From positions 60,001 to 92,000 of the forward strand of contig NZ_AP013293.1 in assembly GCF_000829155.1 (NCBI RefSeq): DNA of 32,000 nucleotides, written 5' to 3'. This document shows, in pieces, positions 1-8,952 of the stretch. The DNA comes from Candidatus Karelsulcia muelleri PSPU. GTDB taxonomy: Bacteria; Bacteroidota; Bacteroidia; Flavobacteriales; Blattabacteriaceae. How positions within the stretch are numbered: the stretch's first letter is position 1; every line of letters begins with the position of its first letter. The notes below the pieces were generated by a model that saw nothing but the letters and a program-made list of their open reading frames with translations, did not search any database and was not told where the DNA came from. The translations under genes were made by a program, and so were the position numbers.

Positions 1-2
1 AA

Positions 3-1205
3 ATAAAAAATGAAATAATTACTTTATATACAGGATTTGATCCTACTTATAAATCTTTACATATAGGCAATTTAGTAGCTATAATTATGTTAATACATTT
101 TCAAAAATATGGTCATAATATAATATCAGTTATTGGAGGTGGAACAGGAATTATTGGAGATCCATCTGGAAAAAATAGTGAAAGAAATTTAATAAAAAAA
201 GAACTTTTAAATTATAATATAAGAAATATAAGAAAACAATTATCTTTATATATAGATTTTAACTTTAAAAAAAGTGAAATATTAAATAATTATGAATGGT
301 TCAAAAAACATTTATTTATTGATTTTGTTAGAGATATAGGAAAAAATTTTTCAATTAATTATATGTTAACAAAAGATTCCATAAAAAAAAGAATTTCTAA
401 TAAAAAAAGTATTTCATTTACAGAATTTACATATCAATTATTACAAGCATATGATTTTTTTTATTTATATAAAAAAAAAAAATGTTCATTGCAAATAGGA
501 GGATCTGATCAATGGGGAAATATTACAAGTGGAATAGAACTTATAAGAAAAAAATTAGGAGTAAAAGTAAATGGATTAACATTTCCATTAATTACTAAAC
601 TTGATGGATCAAAATTTGGAAAAACTGAAAATGGAGAAAATATCTGGATAGATCCCAATTTAACTTCTCCATATGAATTTTATCAATTTTGGATAAATAT
701 TACTGATGATCAAGCAAAACAATATATAAAAATATATACTTTTCTTAAAAAAGAAGAAATAAAAGAAATTATTTATAATCATGAAAAAAACCCAAAATTA
801 AAATTAATTCAAAAAACAATAGCTGATGAAATAACTATTTTTATTCATGGAAAAGAAATTTTTAATAAAGTAAAATTTATATCAAATATTCTTTTTAAAA
901 AAGAAAAATCAATAAAAAAAATAAGTATAAATGATATTATATATATATATAAATATATTCCACATAAAAAAATATATATATATAATAATTTTAATATTCC
1001 AATATTAGATTTATTAGTAAATAAAAGTAATTTTTTAAAATCTAAAAAAAAAGCTATTAGACATTTGAAATTAAATTCAATACTTATCAATAAAAAAATT
1101 GTAGATGAAAAATTTATTTTAAAAAAAAATGATTTAATATCAGAATCATATGTTCTTTTACAAAAAGGGAAAAAAAAATTTTTTATGATTAAATTTAAAA
1201 AATAA
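3..1205 (+). CDS. tyrS: Tyrosyl-tRNA synthetase, 5' end truncated by window edge
   Basis: The frame is open upstream of the track's ATG at 87: IKNEIITLYTGFDPTYKSLHIGNLVAIIMLIHFQKYG, containing the class I HIGN signature. It continues with IGDPSGK, LQIGGSDQWGNI and KFGKTENG, and ends in an S4-like C-terminus. Confidence 0.96.
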   Translation: MKNEIITLYTGFDPTYKSLHIGNLVAIIMLIHFQKYGHNIISVIGGGTGIIGDPSGKNSERNLIKKELLNYNIRNIRKQLSLYIDFNFKKSEILNNYEWFKKHLFIDFVRDIGKNFSINYMLTKDSIKKRISNKKSISFTEFTYQLLQAYDFFYLYKKKKCSLQIGGSDQWGNITSGIELIRKKLGVKVNGLTFPLITKLDGSKFGKTENGENIWIDPNLTSPYEFYQFWINITDDQAKQYIKIYTFLKKEEIKEIIYNHEKNPKLKLIQKTIADEITIFIHGKEIFNKVKFISNILFKKEKSIKKISINDIIYIYKYIPHKKIYIYNNFNIPILDLLVNKSNFLKSKKKAIRHLKLNSILINKKIVDEKFILKKNDLISESYVLLQKGKKKFFMIKFKK

Positions 1206-2001
1206 TTTTTTTTATTTTTATTAATAGTAATAAATTACTTTTTTTTTCAAAAAAAGAAGTAATTTCAATTTGAGATTTTTTTATTAATTTATTAAAACTA
1301 ATATTATTAGAACCCATAATAATTTTTTTATGTGAAAAACGTTCTACAAAAATTAAAGATCTTATATTAAGAAAATTATCTTCTTCTTTAAAGAATTCTG
1401 TTGTTATATTAACGTAATATGGTATTTCTTTATTATATAATAATAATATATTTTTTCTTATAATTTCATTTACAATAAAACGTTCAGATCTATCTGTAAT
1501 AAGATCTTTAGGATAATATGGAGGATGATAAGGTATCTTATTTATAAGAATATTTATTAATTTATTAATATTAAATTTTAATAATGCTGATATTTCTAAT
1601 ATATAGAAATCAGGATAATTTGATTTTAAATTAAAAATTTCTTTTTTTAAAATAGAATTTTTATATTTATCAATTTTATTTAATAAAATAATTGTAAATT
1701 TAAATTTATTAATATTAATTTTTTTAAAAAAAAGTTCGTTATTTTTTCCTATTTCTGTTATATATATTACTATATCGGCCTCAGTTATAGATTTTTTAAT
1801 CTTCTTTAGAAGAAGACCTGGAGTATCATAAAAAATAATTTGAGAATTATATAAATTTAATATTCCCATTATATTATTACGTGTTGTATTAGCTTTATAG
1901 GTAACTATAGAAATATTTTTTCCTATAATAGCATTAATTAATGTGGATTTTCCTACATTAGGATATCCTATAATTTTTACAAAACCAGATTTATGAATCA
2001 T
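1195..2001 (-). CDS. era: GTPase Era
   Basis: GYPNVGKSTLINA (G1), TTR switch, DTPG, NKID and ISAL motifs. The linker HPPYYPKDLITDRSERFIVNEIIR is typical of Era. The C-terminal KH domain is degenerate. Confidence 0.92.
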   Translation of the reverse strand: MIHKSGFVKIIGYPNVGKSTLINAIIGKNISIVTYKANTTRNNIMGILNLYNSQIIFYDTPGLLLKKIKKSITEADIVIYITEIGKNNELFFKKININKFKFTIILLNKIDKYKNSILKKEIFNLKSNYPDFYILEISALLKFNINKLINILINKIPYHPPYYPKDLITDRSERFIVNEIIRKNILLLYNKEIPYYVNITTEFFKEEDNFLNIRSLIFVERFSHKKIIMGSNNISFNKLIKKSQIEITSFFEKKSNLLLLIKIKKIIF

Positions 2002-2033
2002 AAAAAAAAAATATATATTATAAATAAACTAAT

Positions 2034-4859
2034 ATGTTAGTTATGAATATTAAATATAATTTTAAAAAAATAGAAAATAAATGGCAGAAATATTGGAAAT
2101 ATAAAAATATTTTTAATAAAAAATTATTTTATAATAAAAAAAAATTTTTTATTTTAAATATGTTTCCTTATCCTTCTGGAGAAGGATTACATGTAGGCCA
2201 TCCTATAGGATATATTGCATCTGATATATATGCTCGTTATAAAAAATCTAAAGGATATAATGTTATTAATCCGATAGGCTTTGACTCATTTGGATTACCC
2301 ACAGAACAATATTCAATAAAAACAGGAATTCATCCTAAGATTATAACAAAAATTAATATTAAAAGATATAAATTACAATTATTAAGATTAGGTATATCTT
2401 TTAATTGGGAAAGAGAGATAAATACTAGTGATAAATCATATTATAAATGGACTCAATGGATGTTTATAAAAATGTTTAATTCTTGGTATGATAATATATT
2501 AAAAAAAGCAAGATCTATTAAAATTTTAATTAATGAATTTAATAGAAATGGAAATATTAATATTAATGCAGGTTCTCCATATAAAACAACTTTTAATGCA
2601 AATACATGGAAAAAATGTACTAATTTTGAAAAAGAAAAAATATTACAAAATTATCGTATAGCTTTTTTATCAAAAAGATCAGTCAATTGGTGTCCTGAAT
2701 TAGGAACTGTATTAGCAAATGATGAAATTCAAAATAATCTAAGTAAAAGAGGAGGATATCCTGTATATAAAAAAAAAATGTTACAATGGAGTATTAGAAT
2801 TAGTGCGTATTCTGAAAGACTTTTAAATGGTTTAAAAAAACTTAATTTTACTGAAAATTTAAAAAATTCTCAAATATCTTGGATAGGCAAAAAATATGGT
2901 ATAAAAATATTTTTTACATTAGAAAAAAATAAAAATATAAAATTAGAAATTTTTACAACCAAACCTTATACTATATTTGGGGTAACCTTTATAATTCTAC
3001 CATTAGAAAGTTCTTTTTTAAAAAGAAAAAATATAAAAAATTTTGTTGATAAAAGAAAATTTAATGAAGTAGAAAAATATATTTTAAATATAAAAAGTAA
3101 AAATATATTAGGAGTTTTTACAGGAAATTATGTTATACATCCATTTACTAGAAAAAAAATCCCACTTTTTATAAGTTCTTATATAAAAGATGATTATAAT
3201 TTAAATTCTATTATGTGTGTCCCAGCTCATGAGATTAATAGTTATAAATTTGCTATAAAGTTTAAAATAAAAATACTTGAAGTATTATATAATAAAAATA
3301 TAAAAAATAACATAAAATTATTTAATAATGAAAACAGTTTCTGTATAAATTCATCATTTTTAAATGGATTAAATTTAAAAAAATCTTATAATTTTATTGT
3401 TAATTTAATAACAAAAAATAATTTTGGAAAAAAAAGTATTTCTTTTAAATTAAAAGATGCTGTCTTTGCAAGACAAAGGTATTGGGGGGAACCCATACCA
3501 ATATTTTTTGAAAAAAAAATACCTAAAATAATAAATAAATTACCTTTATTATTACCATATATTGATACATATTTACCAAATAATAATGGAAATTCTCCCT
3601 TAACTCAAGCAAAATTTTGGGCTTGGGATAAAAAAAATAAAAAAATAGTATCTACATCTTTAATAAATTATAAAAATATTTTACCTTTAGAAACTAACAC
3701 TATGCCTAGTTGGGCGGGATCTAGTTGGTATTATTTACGATATATGGATCCTAATAATAAATATTTTTTTGTTAAAAAAAAAAAAGAAACATATTGGAAA
3801 TATGTTGATCTTTATATAGGAGGAATAGAACATGCTACAGGTCATTTAATTTATGCAAGATTTTGGCATAAATTTTTAAAAGATTATAATTTTGTTAGTT
3901 CAGAAGAACCTTTTAAAAAAATTATTAATCAAGGAATGATTTTAGGTAATTCTGCTATTATTTATTGTAATAATAAAAAAAAAGAATATATTACATCTAG
4001 TAATTTAGATTTTAAAGAAAAAAAAAAATTACAAAAAATTAATATAGATATAAAATATATTAAAGATAAGAATGAAGTGGATCTAGAAAAACTAAAAAAT
4101 TTGCGTTTTGGATTTGTATATAATAATTATAAATTTATTTTAAATAATGGAAAATTTACATGTGATCGTAAAATTGAAAAAATGTCTAAATCTAAATATA
4201 ATGTAGTTAATCCAGATTTTATTTATGATAAATATGGTGCTGATACTTTACGTATATATGAAATGTTTTTAGGACCATTAGAAAAATCTAAAATATGGGA
4301 TATAAAAAGTATAAATGGAATTTATAATTTTTTAAAAAAATTTTGGAATTTTTTTCATATAAAAGGGAAATTTTATATAGATGAAAAAACTCCTTCTATA
4401 GAAGAATTAAAAATTTTAAATAAAATGATAAATAAAATAAAAAATAATATATTAGATTATAATTTTAATATACCTATAAGTGAATTTATGATAACTTTAA
4501 ACAAGTTAATAGAAATAAAATGTTATAAAAGAAAAATATTAGAACCAATAACAATTTTATTTAGTTTTTATGCGCCACATTTTTCTGAAGAAATTTGGTA
4601 TAAATTAGGTAAAAAAAAATCTATATATTTTGCTAAATTCCCATATTTTGATATTAATTCTATTTTAGAAGATGAATTTAATTATCCAGTAACATTTAAT
4701 GGAAAATTTCGTTTTAAAAAAAAATTTAAAATAAATGAAAAAATAAATATGATTGAATATAAAATAATAAATAATAAAAAAACTCTATTTTATTTAAAAG
4801 AAAAAAAACCAAAAAAAATAATAATTATATTAAATAAAATAATTAATATTGTTTTTTAA
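2034..4859 (+). CDS. leuS: Leucyl-tRNA synthetase
   Basis: FPYPSGEGLHVGHPIGY (HIGH), WCPELGTVLANDE, RQRYWGEPIPI, MPSWAGSSWYYLRYMDP and KMSKSKYNVVNPD. The real start may be the second ATG (MNIKYNFKKIENKWQ). Confidence 0.97.
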   Translation: MLVMNIKYNFKKIENKWQKYWKYKNIFNKKLFYNKKKFFILNMFPYPSGEGLHVGHPIGYIASDIYARYKKSKGYNVINPIGFDSFGLPTEQYSIKTGIHPKIITKINIKRYKLQLLRLGISFNWEREINTSDKSYYKWTQWMFIKMFNSWYDNILKKARSIKILINEFNRNGNININAGSPYKTTFNANTWKKCTNFEKEKILQNYRIAFLSKRSVNWCPELGTVLANDEIQNNLSKRGGYPVYKKKMLQWSIRISAYSERLLNGLKKLNFTENLKNSQISWIGKKYGIKIFFTLEKNKNIKLEIFTTKPYTIFGVTFIILPLESSFLKRKNIKNFVDKRKFNEVEKYILNIKSKNILGVFTGNYVIHPFTRKKIPLFISSYIKDDYNLNSIMCVPAHEINSYKFAIKFKIKILEVLYNKNIKNNIKLFNNENSFCINSSFLNGLNLKKSYNFIVNLITKNNFGKKSISFKLKDAVFARQRYWGEPIPIFFEKKIPKIINKLPLLLPYIDTYLPNNNGNSPLTQAKFWAWDKKNKKIVSTSLINYKNILPLETNTMPSWAGSSWYYLRYMDPNNKYFFVKKKKETYWKYVDLYIGGIEHATGHLIYARFWHKFLKDYNFVSSEEPFKKIINQGMILGNSAIIYCNNKKKEYITSSNLDFKEKKKLQKINIDIKYIKDKNEVDLEKLKNLRFGFVYNNYKFILNNGKFTCDRKIEKMSKSKYNVVNPDFIYDKYGADTLRIYEMFLGPLEKSKIWDIKSINGIYNFLKKFWNFFHIKGKFYIDEKTPSIEELKILNKMINKIKNNILDYNFNIPISEFMITLNKLIEIKCYKRKILEPITILFSFYAPHFSEEIWYKLGKKKSIYFAKFPYFDINSILEDEFNYPVTFNGKFRFKKKFKINEKINMIEYKIINNKKTLFYLKEKKPKKIIIILNKIINIVF

Positions 4860-4870
4860 CATTTAAGTAT

Positions 4871-6289
4871 ATGAAAAATAAAAAAAAAAAATTTCATCTT
4901 TTTAAATGTGTAGAATTTTTTTTTTATAAAGCAGCTAGAATAATGAATTTAGAACCAGGTCTACTTGAGCAAATAAAATCTTGTCATTATGTATATTGTA
5001 TGCGTTTTCCAATTTTATTAAAAAATAAAATAAAAATTATAGAAGCTTATAGGGCGCAACATTCTCATCATAAATTACCCTGTAAAGGGGGGGTCAGATT
5101 TAGTCCTTTAGTTACTAAAAATGAGGTAATGGGATTAGCTGCACTTATGACATATAAATGTGCTATAGTAAATGTTCCCTTTGGAGGGGCTAAAGGTGGA
5201 ATAAAAATAGATTCAAATAAAATTTCTTTTAAAGAGAAAGAAAAAATAATACGTAGATATACAGCAGAATTAATAAAAAAAAATTTTATAGGTCCAGGAA
5301 TAGATGTTCCTGCTCCAGATTATGGAACTGGAGAAAAAGAAATGAGTTGGATATTAGATACTTTTTTATCTTTAGTTCCAGGAAACTTAGATGGATTAGC
5401 TTGTGTTACTGGTAAACCTATTTCACAAGGAGGAATTAGAGGAAGAAAAGATGCTACTAGTTTAGGAGTTCTTTTTGGATTAAGAGAATTATGTAATTTA
5501 AAAGAGATCCTAAAACCGATAGGATTAGATTTAGGATTGCAAGGTAAAAAAATCATTATACAAGGATTAGGAAATGTAGGTTATCATACGGCGAAATTTC
5601 TTGAAAGAAATGATTGTATTATTGTAGCTTTAGCTGAAAAAGAAGGAGCCATTTATAATCCTAAAGGATTAAATATATCAAAAGTTATGGACTATTTCAA
5701 AGAAAAAAAAACTCTTTTAAATTTTCCGGGAGCCAAAACTCTTAAAAATAGTTCATCTGCATTAGAACTAGAATGTGATATTTTAATTCCAGCAGCAATA
5801 GAAAATGTTATTAACATAAATAATGCCCATCGTATAAAAGCAAAAATTATAGGAGAAGCTGCTAATGGTCCATTAACAAATTATGCTAATGAAATATTAT
5901 TAAAAAAAGGGGTAATAATTATTCCAGATATTTATTTAAATGCAGGTGGAGTAACTGTTTCTTATTTTGAATGGTTAAAAAATATTAGTCATGTACGTTA
6001 TGGTCGTATTGAAAAACGTTTTCAAGAAAAAATAAATATTTCAATTGTTAATTATATAGAAAAATTAAGTAAAAAAAAAATAAACTCTAAAGAAAGAAAA
6101 ATAATATTAAATGGACCTAATGAAATAGATTTAGTCCGTAGTGGACTTGAAGATACGATGATTAGTGCTTTTAATGAATTAATAATGATAAAAAATAAAA
6201 AAAAAATAGTAGATTTTCGTACCGCTGCATATTTTTTAGCAATTGAAAAAATTGAAAATTCTTATAAAGAATTAGGAATATTTCCTTAA
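4871..6289 (+). CDS. gdhA: Glutamate dehydrogenase (Glu/Leu/Phe/Val dehydrogenase family)
   Basis: HKLPCKGGVRFSP, ALMTYKCAIVNVPFGGAKGGI, PAPDYGTGEKEMSWI, GLGNVGYHTAKFL and EAANGPLTNYA motifs. Confidence 0.93.
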   Translation: MKNKKKKFHLFKCVEFFFYKAARIMNLEPGLLEQIKSCHYVYCMRFPILLKNKIKIIEAYRAQHSHHKLPCKGGVRFSPLVTKNEVMGLAALMTYKCAIVNVPFGGAKGGIKIDSNKISFKEKEKIIRRYTAELIKKNFIGPGIDVPAPDYGTGEKEMSWILDTFLSLVPGNLDGLACVTGKPISQGGIRGRKDATSLGVLFGLRELCNLKEILKPIGLDLGLQGKKIIIQGLGNVGYHTAKFLERNDCIIVALAEKEGAIYNPKGLNISKVMDYFKEKKTLLNFPGAKTLKNSSSALELECDILIPAAIENVININNAHRIKAKIIGEAANGPLTNYANEILLKKGVIIIPDIYLNAGGVTVSYFEWLKNISHVRYGRIEKRFQEKINISIVNYIEKLSKKKINSKERKIILNGPNEIDLVRSGLEDTMISAFNELIMIKNKKKIVDFRTAAYFLAIEKIENSYKELGIFP

Positions 6290-6319
6290 TAAAATAAATT
6301 TTTTAATTAAAAAAAAACT

Positions 6320-7174
6320 ATGATAAGAGAGTCTCATGATTATTTAATCAAACTTTGTACGCAAGTAAGAAGAGATATATTAAGAATGGTCCATTTAGCG
6401 AATTCTGGCCATCCAGGTGGTTCAATGGGATGTACGGAATATTTTGTTGCTTTATATAAAGTAATTATGAATTATGATTCTAAAAATTTTAATATAGAAG
6501 GCAAAAATGAAGATTTATTTTTTCTTTCTAATGGTCATATTTCTCCTGTATATTATAGTATATTATCAAGATGTAATTTTTTTCCATTGAAAGAATTAAA
6601 TTCTTTTAGAAAAATTAATTCTCGTTTACAAGGACATCCAACTCCATATGAAGGATTACCAGGTATACGTATTTCATCAGGATCATTAGGGCAAGGTATG
6701 TCAGTTGCTATAGGAGCAGCGATAGCTAAAAAACTTAATGGAGAGTCTACTGTAATTTATAGTTTACATGGTGATGGAGAACTTAATGAAGGTCAAATAT
6801 GGGAAGCCGTTTTATATGCTGGAGCTAAAAAAATAGATAACTATATAGCAACTATAGATAATAATGGTCAACAAATAGATGGGACTACAGATGATGTATT
6901 AAATTTAGGAAATATTAAATCTAAATTTGAATCTTTTGGGTGGATTGTATTAGAAGAAAATGAAGGAAATAATTTAATAAATGTTATTAATATAATTAAA
7001 TATGCTAAAAATTATATTAATAAAGGTAAACCTATATTGATAATTTTAAAAACGAAAATGGGGAATGGAGTAGATTTTATGAGTAAAGATAATTCTTGGC
7101 ATGGAAAAGCTCCTTCTTATGAAGAATTACAAAAAGCTTTAATACAACTTCCCCAAACATTAGTAGATTTTTGA
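6320..7174 (+). CDS. Transketolase, N-terminal (TPP-binding) subunit
   Basis: HSGHPGGSMGCTEY, GSLGQGMSVAIGAA, HGDGELNEGQIWEA and ATIDNNGQQIDG; ends before the pyrimidine-binding domain. Confidence 0.94.
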   Translation: MIRESHDYLIKLCTQVRRDILRMVHLANSGHPGGSMGCTEYFVALYKVIMNYDSKNFNIEGKNEDLFFLSNGHISPVYYSILSRCNFFPLKELNSFRKINSRLQGHPTPYEGLPGIRISSGSLGQGMSVAIGAAIAKKLNGESTVIYSLHGDGELNEGQIWEAVLYAGAKKIDNYIATIDNNGQQIDGTTDDVLNLGNIKSKFESFGWIVLEENEGNNLINVINIIKYAKNYINKGKPILIILKTKMGNGVDFMSKDNSWHGKAPSYEELQKALIQLPQTLVDF

Positions 7175-7180
7175 AAAAAA

Positions 7181-8146
7181 ATGAAATTATATAAAAATAA
7201 AGGAATGAGAGAAACTCGTTCTGGATTTGGAGATGCATTATTAAAATTAGGTGAAAAAAATAGTAGAATAGTAGCATTATGTGCTGATCTGACTAATTCA
7301 TTATCAATGACAAAATTCTCTAAAATTTTTACAAAAAGATTTTTTCAAATAGGCATTTCAGAAGCTAATATGATGGGAATAGCAGCTGGCCTTACTATTG
7401 GTAATTATATTCCTTTTACTGGAACATTTGCAAATTTTTCTACCGCTCGTGTTTATGATCAAATACGTCAATCAATTGTATATTCTAATAAAAATGTAAA
7501 AATATGTGCATCTCATTCGGGTTTATCTTTAGGAGAGGATGGTGCTACTCATCAAAGTTTAGAAGATATAGGTATGATGAAAATGTTACCAGGTTTAGTA
7601 GTTATAAATACTTGTGATTATAATCAAACATATACTGCTACATTAGCTATATCAAAATATATAGGACCTGTATATTTAAGATTCGGTAGACCAGCAGTAC
7701 CTAATTTTACTAGTAAGAAGAAAAAATTTAAAATAGGAAAAGCCATTATACTTAATAAAGGAGAAGATGTAACTATAGTATCTACAGGTCATTTAGTATG
7801 GGAATCATTAGAAGCCGCTAAAATTTTAGAAAATGAAGGAATTTCATGTGAAATTATTAATATTCATACTATAAAACCATTAGATGAAAAATCTATACTT
7901 AAATCAGTATCAAAAACTAAATGTATAGTTACTGCAGAAGAACATAATTATTGGGGGGGATTAGGAGAAAGTATAGCAAGATTATTAAGCTTACATAATC
8001 CTTGTTTACAAGAAATAGTAGCTGTAAATGATACTTTTGGAGAAAGTGGTAAACCATTTGATTTAATGAAAAAATATTTTTTAAATAAAGAATCTATAAT
8101 AAAAAAAGTAAAAAAAATTTTAAAAAAAAAAAAAAAAATGTACTGA
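7181..8146 (+). CDS. Transketolase, C-terminal (pyrimidine-binding plus C-terminal domain) subunit
   Basis: TRSGFGDALLKLGEKNSRIVALCADLTNS, GISEANMMGIAAGL, SHSGLSLGEDGATHQSLEDI and AEEHNYWGGLGESIA; starts 6 nt after the N-terminal subunit. Confidence 0.94.
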   Translation: MKLYKNKGMRETRSGFGDALLKLGEKNSRIVALCADLTNSLSMTKFSKIFTKRFFQIGISEANMMGIAAGLTIGNYIPFTGTFANFSTARVYDQIRQSIVYSNKNVKICASHSGLSLGEDGATHQSLEDIGMMKMLPGLVVINTCDYNQTYTATLAISKYIGPVYLRFGRPAVPNFTSKKKKFKIGKAIILNKGEDVTIVSTGHLVWESLEAAKILENEGISCEIINIHTIKPLDEKSILKSVSKTKCIVTAEEHNYWGGLGESIARLLSLHNPCLQEIVAVNDTFGESGKPFDLMKKYFLNKESIIKKVKKILKKKKKMY

Positions 8147-8147
8147 T

Positions 8148-8220
<73 letters not shown>

Positions 8221-8234
8221 CAAAATAAAAAATT

Positions 8235-8948
8235 TTGTATATAAAAGAAAAACTAAAATTAAATAGTTATTTATCAAAATCTGGCATTTCTTCTAGAAGA
8301 AATGCAGATAATTTAATTAAATCAGGAAAGATAAAAGTTAATGGAAAAATTATAAAAAAATTAGGATATATAATATATCCTAATGATATTGTTAAATATA
8401 AATATAAAATACTTTATCCTGAAAAAAAAATATATTTAATATTAAATAAACCTAAAGGTTATGTATCATCTATGAAAAAACAAGATAATAATAATATTGT
8501 TTTGGATTTAATAAAAATTAATTATAAAATATTTTCTATTGGAAGATTAGATCTAGAAACAAGTGGTGTCTTGTTATTTACAAATGATGGATATTTATCT
8601 AATAAATTAACACATCCAAAATTTAATATAAAAAAAATATATCATGTTGTTTTAAATAAACAAATTAATAATAAAGATTTATTAAAAATAAAAAATTTTT
8701 TTTCTTTTAAAGAAGGAAAAATAAAAATTGATAATATTTCTTATATAAAAAAATTACCTAAAAATAATATTAAATTAGAAATCCATATTGGTTGGAATAA
8801 AATAGTAAAGAGAATATTTCATTTTATGAAATATAAAGTTTTATATTTAAAAAGAATTAATTTTGGAGGAATTACTATAAAAGGATTAAAAATAGGAGAA
8901 TATAGATATTTAAAAAAAAATGAAATTTTATTATTAAAAAATTTATAA
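8235..8948 (+). CDS. rluB: RluB/RsuA-family 23S rRNA pseudouridine synthase
   Basis: S4 domain LNSYLSKSGISSRRNADNLIKSGKIKVNG, then YLILNKPKGYVSS and the catalytic GRLDLETSGVLLFTNDG. Confidence 0.85.
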   Translation: MYIKEKLKLNSYLSKSGISSRRNADNLIKSGKIKVNGKIIKKLGYIIYPNDIVKYKYKILYPEKKIYLILNKPKGYVSSMKKQDNNNIVLDLIKINYKIFSIGRLDLETSGVLLFTNDGYLSNKLTHPKFNIKKIYHVVLNKQINNKDLLKIKNFFSFKEGKIKIDNISYIKKLPKNNIKLEIHIGWNKIVKRIFHFMKYKVLYLKRINFGGITIKGLKIGEYRYLKKNEILLLKNL

Positions 8949-8952
8949 TTTT

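Noticed and set aside
845-1090. Antisense ORF within tyrS
   Set aside because: Low-complexity Phe/Ile-rich shadow of a Lys-rich gene in AT-rich DNA.
5320-5556. Antisense ORF in gdhA
   Set aside because: Fully contained in a well-supported CDS, with no recognisable motif.
7077-7277. Plus-strand ORF across the transketolase subunit junction
   Set aside because: Overlaps two clear CDSs; Phe-rich out-of-frame reading.
6320-8146. Transketolase split into two genes considered as a disrupted gene
   Set aside because: Both halves have clean ends, their own starts and complete domains. Separately encoded transketolase halves are common in bacteria, so this is not decay.
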